Assembly: GCA_963832675.1 (NCBI GenBank)
Contig: CAWHUY010000034.1
Span: 77,716 to 141,715 of the forward strand
Direction: 5' to 3'
Length of the DNA: 64,000 nt
DNA from: an uncultured Spirochaetota bacterium
GTDB lineage: Bacteria; Spirochaetota; Spirochaetia; DSM-27196; DATKUC01
Shown piece by piece: positions 17,524 through 28,563 of the stretch. Each line of letters begins with the position of its first letter. Position 1 is the stretch's first letter. A model generated the notes under the pieces. That model saw only the letters and a program-made list of their open reading frames with translations. It was not told where the DNA came from and ran no database searches. The position numbers and the translations under genes were made by a program.

Positions 17524-18770
17524 GATTCTCCTCCCTGTTCGACCGTCGTCGCTCTCCGCGGCTGTCGGCCGTGGTAGGCGACCGCGAGCCCACCCATGCT
17601 GGTTTCGCGGTAGAGACTCGGCAGATCGTGCCCCGTGCGCTTCACCGCCGAGACTACCGTGTCGAATGATATGTGGTGCCGGCCGTCCGAAAGAAGCGCG
17701 TACTCGGCGCAGGTCAGGGCGCGGGCGGCTGCCATCGCGTTCCGTTCTATGCAGGGAATCTGGACCAACCCGAGGATCGGATCGCAGGTGAGCCCCAGAT
17801 GGTGTTCAAGGGCCATCTCGGCCGCGTATTCTATCTGTCCGGGCGTAGCGCCGAATAGCTGGGCTGCCGCCGCGGCGGCCATTGCGCAGGCGGTCCCGAT
17901 CTCTCCCTGGCATCCTACCGCGGCACCCGAGATCGACGCGTTCTGTTTGACGACATTTCCAAAAATTCCGGCCGTGGCGAGAGCCCGAATTATGCTTTCG
18001 TCGCTCACCTTTGCCGTCTCCTTGACAAATCGAAGCACCGCCGGCACCACGCCGCTCGAGCCGCAAGTGGGTGCGGTAACGACGATGCCCGCCGAGGCAT
18101 TCTCCTCCGAGACTGCAAGTGCGTAGGAAGCGATCCGCCCGGTGCGACGAAGGGTTCCTGCGTTCATCTGCGCCTTTCGGTAGTAGGAGGAAGCTTTGCG
18201 GGAAACACCGAGAGGTCCCGGAAGTGCACCATCCGCCTGCAGCCCGCGCCGAATCGCCGCCTGCATCGCCCGCCACACCTCGACCAGATAGCGATCGAAG
18301 TCTGCGGATTCTCGTTCGAACACCAGCTCGAAGAAGCCGCAGCCCCGGTCCTGGCACGCGAAGAGAGTCTCTCCCATGTTTGCGTATTCATACAACTGCG
18401 GCGAGCTTCCGCTGCGACCTGCCGCCAGCTCGTCACCGTCTACCACGGCTCCTCCGCCGACGCTGTAGGCTTCCCATTCGCCGAGAGCTGCCTCCTGCGC
18501 GTCGAACGCTTCGAACCGCATGCCGTTCGGATGGTAGGGCAATTCAACTTCGGGCCGCCAGACGATGTCGACCGGGGACAGTGCCGACATGATCGCGACA
18601 TCGGTAAGATGGCCGCGCCCGGTGGCAGCGAGGCTGCCAAAAAGTGTGACCCGGTATTTTGCCGCGCGCGGCCACCGCTCTCGAAACATCAGGGCAGCGC
18701 TCCGAGGAGCAAGCGAATGACTGCTCGACGGTCCCGGTCCGATGCGATAGAGCTCTCGTAGCGATTCCAT
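17520..18770 (-). CDS. sdaA: L-serine ammonia-lyase, Fe-S dependent, single chain
   Basis: IGPGPSSSH, GSLAATGRGH, VTAPTCG, GCQGEIG, LGLTCDP, VQIPCIERN. Confidence 0.93.
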   Translation of the reverse strand: MESLRELYRIGPGPSSSHSLAPRSAALMFRERWPRAAKYRVTLFGSLAATGRGHLTDVAIMSALSPVDIVWRPEVELPYHPNGMRFEAFDAQEAALGEWEAYSVGGGAVVDGDELAAGRSGSSPQLYEYANMGETLFACQDRGCGFFELVFERESADFDRYLVEVWRAMQAAIRRGLQADGALPGPLGVSRKASSYYRKAQMNAGTLRRTGRIASYALAVSEENASAGIVVTAPTCGSSGVVPAVLRFVKETAKVSDESIIRALATAGIFGNVVKQNASISGAAVGCQGEIGTACAMAAAAAAQLFGATPGQIEYAAEMALEHHLGLTCDPILGLVQIPCIERNAMAAARALTCAEYALLSDGRHHISFDTVVSAVKRTGHDLPSLYRETSMGGLAVAYHGRQPRRATTVEQGGES

Positions 18771-18833
18771 CTTTCTCTATTTTACCTTTCGGCCTCTCGC
18801 GACACAACGTGGGCAGAAGGGCCGTCGTCTCAT

Positions 18834-20291
18834 TCATTCATCCGGGAGAGTCCCGGGATCTTCGAACGCAACCTGAACGTGGCGGTAGTCGGACTCCGGA
18901 TAGGACACCTCGCCGCGTAGCTGAAGGGCCAGACCAGCGATCAGGCGGATTCCCATCGTCTGTTTCGGTCCCGGTTTCGATTGAACAGGGTCCCGGACAA
19001 CGGAGGATCCCGCGCCGTCGTCGCGGTAGTCGAGCAACCATTCTCCCTCTGCCCCGCGGTTCAACTCTACATCAATCGTACCGCTCTCCCGGGCCGAGTA
19101 GCCGTGCTTGAGCGAGTTGATGGCAAGCTCGGTGAGAAGAAGGCCGAGGGGAATCGACGAGCGGACATCGAACGTCACCGGTTCCGATTGCACGCGTACG
19201 GTTATGGAATCGCGTCGATCGTGCAGCTCCACAAGGCTTTCGAGGAGATCGCGTGCATATTCGCCAAACGGCACTGCTGCCACGCTATGGCTTCGATAGA
19301 TCTTCTCATGGACCAGCCCGATGGAGGCAATCTGGGCGCTGAGGCGGTCCAGCGCAACGCGGCCTGCGCCCTCAGGGATGTCGCCAGTCTGCAGGTTGAT
19401 GAGACTGGTAATGGTAGTGAGGTTGTTCTTCACCCGATGGTGGACCTCGCGAAGCAGAAGCTCTTTCTCGTCGAGCGCAGCCTGAAGTCGTTTGCGCGAC
19501 CGGGAAAGCTCGGTGACATCACGGAGAACCCAGACGACGGTGTCGCGGTCGGCATCGCGTAACGCTACCTGGGCGCAGGAAAGCACGCGATCGCCCGCCG
19601 CATAAAGAGTGCCGCGATCGGGTCCGACAAACTGCTCGGGAACCTGTTCCTCATTGGCGACCTTTTCGAGCCCGAGGTTTGCGAAAGGCATTCCGACTGT
19701 TCCCTCCTCGGTGACCGAAAGCAACTCTTTCGCGGGTCTGTTGAGATTGATGACGATTCCGTCCACCGAAGTGATCACTACACCGTCGGCGAGGTGATCG
19801 GTCAGTCCTTCCGCCTGGCGAAGCTCGGCCAGAAGCTCGCGAGTGATCTGTCGCTCGTGAACCGTTTCGAGACCGAGCACGATGTCCTGGGCGCGCGGCG
19901 GGTTCTCACTCCGCGCAGATTCAATCGCCGCAAGTACGTGTGGTCTCATTTCCCGCAGCGGCCCTTTTGCTATGCACAGGTCGAAGCCAAGTTCAGCGAG
20001 GTTCTGGGAGCTCTCGCGCGCGATCGCGGACACGGCGATTATGTAGAGAGACGCATGCGTCTCCCGGGCGCGAAGGATCCGCGTCAGTCGTATGCCGTCG
20101 ACGTAGGGCATCACGATGTCGGTGAAAAGAATATCGGGCACGCGCTCCCGTATTCTCTGTAGAGCTTCCAGTCCGTTGACTGCTGTCCGCAACCGACACC
20201 CCGCTGAAGTCACGACCTCAGTCAGGAATTCGATTATGAGCGGCGAGTTATCCACGACAAGTACATCACAGTCATTTTTCAATCTTGGCAT
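18834..20291 (-). CDS. Hybrid REC-PAS-HisKA_2 histidine kinase
   Basis: N-terminal receiver (LVVDN, TDIVMP), PAS (DGVVI..G.VI.LN), EVHHRVKNNL H-box, ELAINSLKH, DDGAG. Confidence 0.88.
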   Translation of the reverse strand: MPRLKNDCDVLVVDNSPLIIEFLTEVVTSAGCRLRTAVNGLEALQRIRERVPDILFTDIVMPYVDGIRLTRILRARETHASLYIIAVSAIARESSQNLAELGFDLCIAKGPLREMRPHVLAAIESARSENPPRAQDIVLGLETVHERQITRELLAELRQAEGLTDHLADGVVITSVDGIVINLNRPAKELLSVTEEGTVGMPFANLGLEKVANEEQVPEQFVGPDRGTLYAAGDRVLSCAQVALRDADRDTVVWVLRDVTELSRSRKRLQAALDEKELLLREVHHRVKNNLTTITSLINLQTGDIPEGAGRVALDRLSAQIASIGLVHEKIYRSHSVAAVPFGEYARDLLESLVELHDRRDSITVRVQSEPVTFDVRSSIPLGLLLTELAINSLKHGYSARESGTIDVELNRGAEGEWLLDYRDDGAGSSVVRDPVQSKPGPKQTMGIRLIAGLALQLRGEVSYPESDYRHVQVAFEDPGTLPDE

Positions 20292-20407
20292 TTATTGGAT
20301 AAATTAGTGTTAATTACATTAAGAATCAACTAATCAGTCGCCGTAATTTGGACAATCTGGGCGAGAAAGTTGTCGATGCGATCCAAAGCTATGTGTAGAC
20401 TGTGATC

Positions 20408-21091
20408 ATGGATCCTTTTGCCGACCCACAGGTGGCCAAGCAGCAGCGGCGAATCATGGTCGATACCCAGATCGTCGCGCGCGGCATCCACGATCCCCGC
20501 CTTATAGAGGCGCTTCTCGCGGTACCGCGCCATCGGTTTGTACCGACCCGGGATCGTTCTCGGGCATACCAGGATTCCGCCCTTCCGATCGGATACGGTC
20601 AGACGATATCGCAACCCTATATTGTCGCACTGATGCTCGAGCTCGCCCGGCTGCGCGGTTCTGAAAATGTGCTGGAAATCGGAACCGGATCAGGCTATAC
20701 CGCAGCCCTTCTCTCCTCGCTCGCCCGCTCGGTCATCAGCATCGAACGGATCGAACCGCTCTCCCGGCGCGCGCGCGGGCTGTGTGAGGATCTCGGAGTC
20801 CAAAATGTCAGTTTCTTTTCGGGCGACGGGACGGATGGAAAGCGGGACCAATCGCCGTTCGACGCCATCATCGTCTGGGCGGCAGCTATCGAGACTCCGC
20901 CGCAACTCTTTGAGCAGCTGGCCGACAACGGAGTTCTTCTTGGGCCGGAAGGAGAGCGGACGACGGCTCAAACAACGGGCCGCCGTTCGTATCAGATGCT
21001 GGCGCAGTACCGGAAGCAGGGCGAATCGATCGTCCGCACTGAAATCTGCGCCGTATCGTTTGTGCCTCTCGTGACTGGAGCGCCGAACTGA
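20408..21091 (+). CDS. pcm: Protein-L-isoaspartate O-methyltransferase
   Basis: VPRHRF, AY.D.ALPIG.GQTISQP, VLEIGTGSGY, FVPL. Confidence 0.93.
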   Translation: MDPFADPQVAKQQRRIMVDTQIVARGIHDPRLIEALLAVPRHRFVPTRDRSRAYQDSALPIGYGQTISQPYIVALMLELARLRGSENVLEIGTGSGYTAALLSSLARSVISIERIEPLSRRARGLCEDLGVQNVSFFSGDGTDGKRDQSPFDAIIVWAAAIETPPQLFEQLADNGVLLGPEGERTTAQTTGRRSYQMLAQYRKQGESIVRTEICAVSFVPLVTGAPN

Positions 21092-21264
21092 CCCGCTGAT
21101 GTCGGTAGACCGGCGAACGCGCCTGCAGGCAGGGCGCGCGCGGTGATGGCCAGGCGATGATCCGATTGCGAACAAGTATTGGTGGTATACTTGTTCGAGC
21201 AAATCAGGCCTTCCGGTGCCCCCCCCACTCGGGGAGGACGTCAGCCGGCGAGGGTGGGGTTAAC

Positions 21265-23368
21265 ATGGCAAGGACAGCGCAGAAGCATCTGGGTAAACTC
21301 TCGCTCACGGCGAAAGGATTCGGGTTTGTCCGGATCGGCGAAGGCAAGGATGTGTTCATCGATCTTGAACACCTGAACACCGGCATGGACGGTGATACGG
21401 TTCAAGTCGAGCTCTTTCGTTCCTCCCGGGACAAGCGCCCGTCCGGCCGCGTGGTTCGTGTGGTCGAAAGAAGCGGACGAATCATAATTGGCGTCTTCCG
21501 AAAGACTCCCGAAGGGGGAAAAGTCCATCCGGAGGACAACCGCGTTCCGACTTCACTTTTCATCCCGGCAGATCAGATCAGAGCGGCAAAGTTCGAACAG
21601 AAACTTGCGACCGGAAAGATCGTTGTTGCGGTGCTGGAAAGGTGGGACCGGCCGGACGAGAAACCGGTCGGACGTATTACCCAGGTAATCGGCAGCGAGA
21701 ATGATCCGGGGATGGATCTGAAGATTATTGCGCTTTCAAAGGGACTCTCGCTCGAGTTTCCACGGGAGGTCGAGAAGGAGGTTCGGGCGATCCGCCTGCC
21801 GGACACAAAAAAGGAAGCCGCAAAACGGCTCGATTTCCGCGCAGCAGAAGTGGTAACAATTGATCCGGAGTCGGCCCGGGATTTTGACGATGCGTTGTCG
21901 CTCACGCAGCTTCCCAACGGTCTTTTCGAGGTGGGGATTCACATTGCCGATGTCAGCCACTTCGTTCCCGAGGGAAGTCTCCTGGATTCCGCGGCCTACG
22001 CCCGCGGGACGAGCGTCTATTTCGTTTCGTCGGCTCTGCCGATGCTGCCCGAGAGGCTTTCCTCCGATCTGTGCAGCTTGAAACCGGGGCAGGATCGGCT
22101 CACCTTCAGCGTCGTTGCCCGGCTGGACTCGATGGGCGCCGTACACGAGTTTCGAATTACACCATCGGTTATTCACAGCAATCACCGCTTTACCTATCGC
22201 GAGGTGGAGGATGTGCTCAACGGAAGGAACCATAAACATGCGAAGATGCTGCATCAGCTCGAGCTTTTGAGCCGTGTTCTGCGCTTGCGCCGGGAGCGGG
22301 AAGGGAGCATCGACTTCGACATTCCCGGCAAGGCGATTGTTCTCGACCGTGACGGAGTCCCGCGAAGCATTCGCCCGCTCGAACAGCTCGAATCGCAGAG
22401 ACTTGTGGCGGAATTCATGCTGCTCGCAAACCGGCTCGTCGCGCAGTTCGTCCTCGAGCTCGGCGCATCCGTCGGTCGCGAACTTCCTTTCGTCTACCGG
22501 GTACACGAAAAACCTGCCGCCGAGGACGTAACCACGCTCGTTCACTCCCTTCACGAGCTCGGTCTGCCCTACAACGTGGAGGACACTGTGAGCTCCGGAA
22601 GACTATCGCCGAATTTTGAGCGTCATCCAGAATTTCGAATTTCGTGATTTCATCGAACGGATCGCGTTCTATTCAATGACCAAGGCGGAGTACCGACCGA
22701 AGAACAGCGGACATTTCGGACTCGCATTCTCGGGCTACACGCACTTTACCTCGCCTATTCGTCGATACGCCGATCTGGAGGCCCACCGACTTCTTCGCCG
22801 GTACCTTGCTGCCGCCCGCGAAATGGGACTTCCCGAGGGTGGCGTTGCTCCGGATGATTCAGCAGTTCCGGGAAGTGGCGGACCACATGACGGCAAATCC
22901 CAGAAGTCCTCCCGGCCGGCATCTGATCCTGGCCGGAGAAGGGGCCAAGAGGCGAAGAAGATCACGCTGCCCGACACGCTTGGCGAGCCGCTTTTGCGCG
23001 ATCTCGGGCTCCGGCTCGAAGCTGTCTGTGAGCGATGCTCGGCGGCTGAAAAAATCGCTACCTCGGCAGAGAGAGAGTACACCAAGCTCAAGTCGCTCGA
23101 GTACATTTCGAAACGGGTGGGAAACAGCTACGAGGGAATCATCTCAGGAGTGACGTCGTTTGGAATATTCGTCGAGCTGTCGCGGTACCTGATTGAGGGA
23201 CTTGTGCGCGTAGCCGATCTCCCAGGCGACTTCTACACCTACGATGAGCACAACTTCCGGTTCGTGGGTCAGAAAACTAAGAAGATCTACCGGCTCGGAG
23301 ACCGCGTTCAGGTGAAAATCCAGAGAGTGTCGGTGACCGATCGCAAGGCGGACTTCATATTTGTCTGA
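21265..23368 (+). CDS. rnr: Ribonuclease R (RNB family); +1 frameshift near 22594
   Basis: KGFGFV cold-shock domain, TIDP..ARDFDDA, HIADVS, EFMLLAN, YRVHE; after the shift GHFGLA..YTHFTSPIRRYADL and C-terminal S1 domain. Confidence 0.9.
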
Positions 23369-23374
23369 ACGCGG

Positions 23375-23920
23375 TTAGAAATCCGCTGATGCCACGGAAA
23401 TCGGGTTCAGGCGGATATCCAGATCGTGTTCGCTTGACAGCTCATCGAGCTCTGCACGAAGCTTGCGAACAGATAGACCGGCGGGAACGGCAATTCGTGC
23501 TTTCATCACGAACATGGGTGCACCCGTCCAGGGCGCAGCCGCCGTTTCGGTTTCGAGATCCTCGATATTGATGCCTTCCCTCCGCAGAATCGTGGTAACC
23601 GCGTGAACGATCCCCGGAGTATCGAGGGAAATCGACTCAAGCATATAGGGCCGACCCTCCGCATTCGGATGGGGCGGCTCGGTACTCTTGAGCTCGATTG
23701 AAAGTCCGACACTCGCGCCGAGTTTCGGCAGCTCGTCGACGAGCCGTCCGATGTCGGTCTGCTCCCCGGACACCAGAAGAATGGAGACAAACTCCCCACC
23801 GAGCAGCGCCATCTTACTTTCTTCGATGTTGCATCCCCGCTCGAGGATAACCTCCGACAGATCGTCGACTATTCCAACCCGGTCTTTGCCGATTGCAGTC
23901 AAAATGGCGTGTTCTTTCAT
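23375..23920 (-). CDS. GcvR-like tandem ACT domain protein
   Basis: LTAIGKDRVGIV..NIEESKM, DTPGIV..INIEDL, APWTGAPMF. Confidence 0.85.
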   Translation of the reverse strand: MKEHAILTAIGKDRVGIVDDLSEVILERGCNIEESKMALLGGEFVSILLVSGEQTDIGRLVDELPKLGASVGLSIELKSTEPPHPNAEGRPYMLESISLDTPGIVHAVTTILRREGINIEDLETETAAAPWTGAPMFVMKARIAVPAGLSVRKLRAELDELSSEHDLDIRLNPISVASADF

Positions 23921-24034
23921 TTCGCTTCTCCCGACCGGCCCATTGTAACTGCACCTCGGTTCCGTCTCAAGCTCCAGTTGACGCCGAAAAGGCTATCTCC
24001 TAAGATGAGGGAGCTCATTTTCTCGACGGGTGGT

Positions 24035-24979
24035 ATGATTCAGGAACCGTCCGAAAAGCGCACAGGCGCAATCGTTCTCGCCTCATGGGTCGGTATTATC
24101 GGGAATGGGCTCCTCGCCGTGTTGAAAATCGTCGTCGGCTTCGTCGCCGGCAGTATGGCGGTAATAAGTGACGGTATCGATTCGTCTACCGATATCATCA
24201 CGTCGATCATTACGCTCGTCACCGGAAAAATCATTGCAAAGCCCCCGGACATCGAACATCCGTACGGTCACACGCGCGCAGAGACCATCGCGACAAAGAG
24301 TCTTTCGTTCGTCATTTTCTTCGCCGGAGCGCAGCTCGCTCTCTCGGCAATCGCGCGGTTCGCCGGTCGTGAGACAATTGTGCTGCCGGGAATGGCCGCA
24401 ATCTACGTGACTGTGGCCTCGATCGCTGGAAAAGTATTCCTGGCGCTATTCAAGTTCCGGGTGGGACACGCGGTGCAGAGTCCCATGCTCATTGCCGATG
24501 CGAAGAACATGCGCAACGACATCGTCGTGTCGTGCGCGGTCCTTCTCGGGCTTGGCTTCACCTTCATATTTCGACTACCCGTACTCGACTCGATCACGGC
24601 CGTGGCGGTGAGCATCTGGATCATGCGCGTCGCCTTCGGCATCTTCCTGGAAACCAATGCCGAGCTCATGGAAGGACACGAAGACCGGGCGACCTATCAG
24701 CGTATTTTTGATGCAGTGTCCGAGGTGGACGGCGCGGTGCACCCGCACCGGGCGCGAATTCGGACGATCGGCAACATGTTCATCGTCGACCTCGATATTG
24801 AAGTTGACGGCGCGCTGACCGTGTTGCAGGCGCACGAAATCGCGCGGTCCACCGAACGCAAGATAGTGGAGCGACTCGGCAACGTCTATGACGTTCTGGT
24901 TCACGTCGAACCGCTGGGCAACGTGGAACGAACTGAGCGTTTCGGCGTCTCCCAGCGAAAACTCGACTCAGGAATGTAG
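24035..24979 (+). CDS. Cation diffusion facilitator transporter
   Basis: SDGIDS..D, PPD.EHPYGH.RAE, ADA.N.RND, C-terminal VHVEP; start uncertain (24005 or 24035). Confidence 0.9.
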   Translation: MIQEPSEKRTGAIVLASWVGIIGNGLLAVLKIVVGFVAGSMAVISDGIDSSTDIITSIITLVTGKIIAKPPDIEHPYGHTRAETIATKSLSFVIFFAGAQLALSAIARFAGRETIVLPGMAAIYVTVASIAGKVFLALFKFRVGHAVQSPMLIADAKNMRNDIVVSCAVLLGLGFTFIFRLPVLDSITAVAVSIWIMRVAFGIFLETNAELMEGHEDRATYQRIFDAVSEVDGAVHPHRARIRTIGNMFIVDLDIEVDGALTVLQAHEIARSTERKIVERLGNVYDVLVHVEPLGNVERTERFGVSQRKLDSGM

Positions 24980-25000
24980 GCCGGCCGCGCGGGCGGAGGT

Positions 25001-25675
25001 TCAGCCCGCGTACTGCCAGGTCTCACCAGGATCCAGCTCCTTCACCTCGACCCCCTGCGGTCTGAAGCCGTTTGCGTCCTGAAGCAACGCGTCGAACGTA
25101 CGATAGTGGATCGGTACCGCCGTTTTCGGCTTGATAAGCTCCGCGGCGCGGGTTGCCTGCTCGGGACCCATGGTGAACCGATCGCCGCACGGGATCATGG
25201 CCAGGTTCGGACGGTACATCTCCCCGATGAGTTTCATATCGGAAAAGAGCGCCGTGTCGCCGCAGTGGTAGATGGTGGTTCCGTCGATGTTGATCACCAA
25301 CCCGCACGCCATTCCCATGTAGCGGCCGTCGTACGAGGATGAGTGGAACGCTTGCGTAAACGCGATCCAGCCGAAGGGAGTTTTGATCTTTCCCCCTGGG
25401 TTCGCCGGCTGGACCTTCGAAATCCCCTTTTCCGAGACATAGTTGCAGATCTCGAATGCGGCGACTACCGTCGCGTCATTTTTCCGCGCGATCTCCAGCG
25501 TATCGCCGAAGTGGTCCTGATGGGCGTGGCTGAGCGCAACATACTGACAGGCGATGTCGCCTGGTTTGTGTTTTGCCAGAGGGTTCCCGGTAAGAAACGG
25601 GTCAACGGCCAGCTGGTTCCGACCGTCGTCGAAGAGGAATCCAGCGTGTCCAAGAAAGGTGATCTTGAGTGACAT
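25001..25675 (-). CDS. UPF0173 metal-dependent hydrolase (metallo-beta-lactamase fold)
   Basis: FLGHA, DPFL.GNP, SHAHQDH, HSSS, YHCGDT, PIHY. Confidence 0.9.
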   Translation of the reverse strand: MSLKITFLGHAGFLFDDGRNQLAVDPFLTGNPLAKHKPGDIACQYVALSHAHQDHFGDTLEIARKNDATVVAAFEICNYVSEKGISKVQPANPGGKIKTPFGWIAFTQAFHSSSYDGRYMGMACGLVINIDGTTIYHCGDTALFSDMKLIGEMYRPNLAMIPCGDRFTMGPEQATRAAELIKPKTAVPIHYRTFDALLQDANGFRPQGVEVKELDPGETWQYAG

Positions 25676-25763
25676 CGAAGCCTCCGTTGTACAAGATTTT
25701 GCATCCGTGTCAAAGATCTCGCTTCGCGGCTGCCGGAGTCAATCCTGACAATAAAACTATGAT

Positions 25764-27080
25764 TTAAACCGCATGCGTTCGATTGACCGCGTTCGATTCG
25801 GCCGCGAACGCGTTCCGCGCTGCTTCCACAGTCTGCCGGATTTCCTCCTCAGTGTGTGCCGCCGAGAGGAACCCGGCCTCGAATGGCGACGGTGCGAGAT
25901 ACACTCCGCCTTCCAGCATCGCATGAAAGTAGCGACGAAAGACTCCCGGATCGCATGCCTGTACCTCCTCCCAGTCGCGAACGTCGCTATTCGTGAAAAA
26001 TACGCTGAACATGGTCCCGATGTGAGGAACCCGGACTGCCACGCCGGATTCGGCGGCTGCGGCCGATATCCCTCGTGCGAGCTCTTCGCAGCGGCGCGCG
26101 GCGATCTCCCAGCTCACTTCGGCCTTGAGAACCTCAAGGGTTGCGATCCCGGCCGCCATTGCAAGGGGATTCCCTGAAAGCGTCCCGGCCTGGTACACCG
26201 GTCCCTCCGGCGCCATCAGGTCCATGATATCCCGGCGGCCGCCATAAGCACCTACCGGCAGCCCGCCGCCTATAACCTTCCCGAGAGTCGTGAGGTCCGG
26301 CTCAATTCCATGCAGTCCCTGAGCTCCGCCCTGATGCACGCGGAATCCGGTCATTACTTCATCAAAGACGAGCAGTGCCCCGCGCTGCCGGGTCAATCTC
26401 CGCAGCCCGAGGAGGAACTCCCGATCAGCGGGCACGACGCCCATATTCCCGGCAACCGGCTCGAGGATAACTGCAGCAATTTCATCGGGATATCTTGCAA
26501 AGAGCCGCTCGACCGACCCGAGATCGTTGTACCGCGCCACGAGTGTGTCCGCGACTGCCCCGGCCGGCACTCCGGGAGAGTCGGGTAGACCGAGAGTCGC
26601 GATTCCCGAACCGGCACGCACGAGCAGCGCATCGGAATGGCCGTGATAGTTGCCTTCGAACTTTACGATCCGGTTCCGGCGCGCGTGGGCCCGGGCAAGG
26701 CGAATTGCGCTCATCACCGCTTCGGTCCCGGAGTTGACAAATCGAAGCTTTTCCATTCCCGGCATGAACTCCCGGATAAGTTGAGCGAGCCGAATTTCGC
26801 TTACGTGCGGCGCCCCGAAGCTGGTCCCCAGCGCGGCCGCCTCGGTAATCGCGGCCACCACCGAAGGATGTGCGTGGCCGAGAATCAGCGGACCCCACGA
26901 AAGTACGTAGTCGATGAAACGGTTTCCGTCGGCATCGACTACGTGCGGACCCTCCCCGCGCTCGATGAAGAGCGGCGTCCCGCCGACCGCCTTGAAGGCA
27001 CGAACGGGGGAATCGACACCACCCGGTAAGAGCTCACGCGCGGTGCGGAAAAGTGCTTCCGAGTTAGCTGTTTTCAACAT
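25764..27080 (-). CDS. hemL: Glutamate-1-semialdehyde 2,1-aminomutase
   Basis: PGGVDSPVRAF, SWGP, NSGTEA, YHGH, FDEVMTGFR, LGKVIGGG, YQAGTLSGNP; ATG 27080. Confidence 0.96.
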   Translation of the reverse strand: MLKTANSEALFRTARELLPGGVDSPVRAFKAVGGTPLFIERGEGPHVVDADGNRFIDYVLSWGPLILGHAHPSVVAAITEAAALGTSFGAPHVSEIRLAQLIREFMPGMEKLRFVNSGTEAVMSAIRLARAHARRNRIVKFEGNYHGHSDALLVRAGSGIATLGLPDSPGVPAGAVADTLVARYNDLGSVERLFARYPDEIAAVILEPVAGNMGVVPADREFLLGLRRLTRQRGALLVFDEVMTGFRVHQGGAQGLHGIEPDLTTLGKVIGGGLPVGAYGGRRDIMDLMAPEGPVYQAGTLSGNPLAMAAGIATLEVLKAEVSWEIAARRCEELARGISAAAAESGVAVRVPHIGTMFSVFFTNSDVRDWEEVQACDPGVFRRYFHAMLEGGVYLAPSPFEAGFLSAAHTEEEIRQTVEAARNAFAAESNAVNRTHAV

Positions 27081-27114
27081 AAGTACTCCTGGGAGAAACC
27101 TGCCTCGTGTGCGC

Positions 27115-28563
27115 TCACGCGCGCAGATGACGCGCAATTTTCCCGACAGACTCGCGGGCAGAGTTGATGCAGTCAGGAATTCCGACCCCGTCGTAGGCGG
27201 CGCCTGCGAGATAGATGCCGGGCATCTCCTGCTCACAGGCTCGCAGATGGTTCACCCGATCGAGGTGGCCGATATTGTACTGCGGAATCGCGCGGTCCCA
27301 TCGGTAGACGCGGGAGAGATCGAGCGTCGCGGTAATACCCGTCGCGCGCTCAAGCTCGTCGCACGCGCGAGAGACGAGCTCACTGTCGGTGAGGTCAAGT
27401 GCCCCGACGCTCCCGAATCGGCCGGCGTAGAACCGTACCACGGTATACCCCGCGGGAGCACGACCGGGCCATTTGCTCGATGTCCAGGTAGACGCCGTGA
27501 ATAGGCCGTTGTCGACGGAAGGGACAATGTAACCGTAACCGTCGAGAATTTCGACAGCCGCCGGGAATCGGAATGCGAGATAGACGTTCGCCGTCGATGC
27601 GTAGGGGATTCCCGCCAGATTCTCGCCGGCGGTCGGGGAGAGCCCGGAAAGAAGGCGACCTGATTCGTAGGCGGGAGTCGCGAGCAGGACTGTATCGGCG
27701 TCAATGCCGGTTTCACCGTCGGTCTCGACCCGGTAACGAACTCCCGCCGAACCCTTTCGACGCTCGACCGAGAGCGCGCCCAGGTTCATCCGGATCTCGG
27801 TTCGTTCGAGCCGCTTGCTTATCTGTTCGACAAACGTCGACATCCCGTCCGGGAAGGTCACAAACGGCGGGTGAACAGCCGCGGCTGGCGAGGCTCCGCG
27901 TTGCGTCGGCGCGGCGGTCCCCGCACCAAGCGATCCATCGATGCGTTCCCGCTCCCGCAGGCTCGGAAATGTCGCGTCCAGGCTGAGCAGCGCCGTGTTG
28001 CCCGCGAAGATTCCCCCCGCGAGCGGGTCGATGAGCAACTCGAACGCCTCTTCCCCATACCGCCGTTTCATAAATGCGGCGATCGATTCGTCGCGCCCGG
28101 TATCGAGGGGCGCGATATTCGGTTCGTCGCAGAATCGCGCTTTCCCGGCGGGCGACAGAAGATCGCTGTCGAGTACTGCCTGGGGGTTGCCCGGAACCAG
28201 ACCGGTGAAACCGGCCGGAAGGGGATAGAGTCGCCCGCGGTGGAATACAAAAGAGCCGTGCCGACGGGAGGTGGTGCCGATCAGACTGTTCTCGATCCCA
28301 AGCTCCTGGCACAGCTCGATTGCAGCCGGCTTTCGGGAGAGAATGCTCTCCGCTCCGGCCTCGAAGAGGAAGAATCCACCGTCCTCGCTGCTCGCATTCG
28401 GGACCGGCGGGGAGGCTACTGCCAATCGGTCGGTGCGGATCTTGCCGCCCGTGCGGGGGTCGCGCTCGACAAGTACTACGTCGCAGGGAAGATTCCGTCG
28501 CTCGGCATACCAGGCCGCTGCGAGGCCGGTGATGCCCGCTCCGATGATGACGATTCGTCTCAC
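27115..28563 (-). CDS. hemY: Coproporphyrinogen/protoporphyrinogen oxidase (HemY/CgoX)
   Basis: IIGAGITGL, GGKIRT, EAGAES, GIFAG, AIPQY, GVGIPDC; GTG 28563 overlaps the hemH stop. Confidence 0.9.
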   Translation of the reverse strand: MRRIVIIGAGITGLAAAWYAERRNLPCDVVLVERDPRTGGKIRTDRLAVASPPVPNASSEDGGFFLFEAGAESILSRKPAAIELCQELGIENSLIGTTSRRHGSFVFHRGRLYPLPAGFTGLVPGNPQAVLDSDLLSPAGKARFCDEPNIAPLDTGRDESIAAFMKRRYGEEAFELLIDPLAGGIFAGNTALLSLDATFPSLRERERIDGSLGAGTAAPTQRGASPAAAVHPPFVTFPDGMSTFVEQISKRLERTEIRMNLGALSVERRKGSAGVRYRVETDGETGIDADTVLLATPAYESGRLLSGLSPTAGENLAGIPYASTANVYLAFRFPAAVEILDGYGYIVPSVDNGLFTASTWTSSKWPGRAPAGYTVVRFYAGRFGSVGALDLTDSELVSRACDELERATGITATLDLSRVYRWDRAIPQYNIGHLDRVNHLRACEQEMPGIYLAGAAYDGVGIPDCINSARESVGKIARHLRA

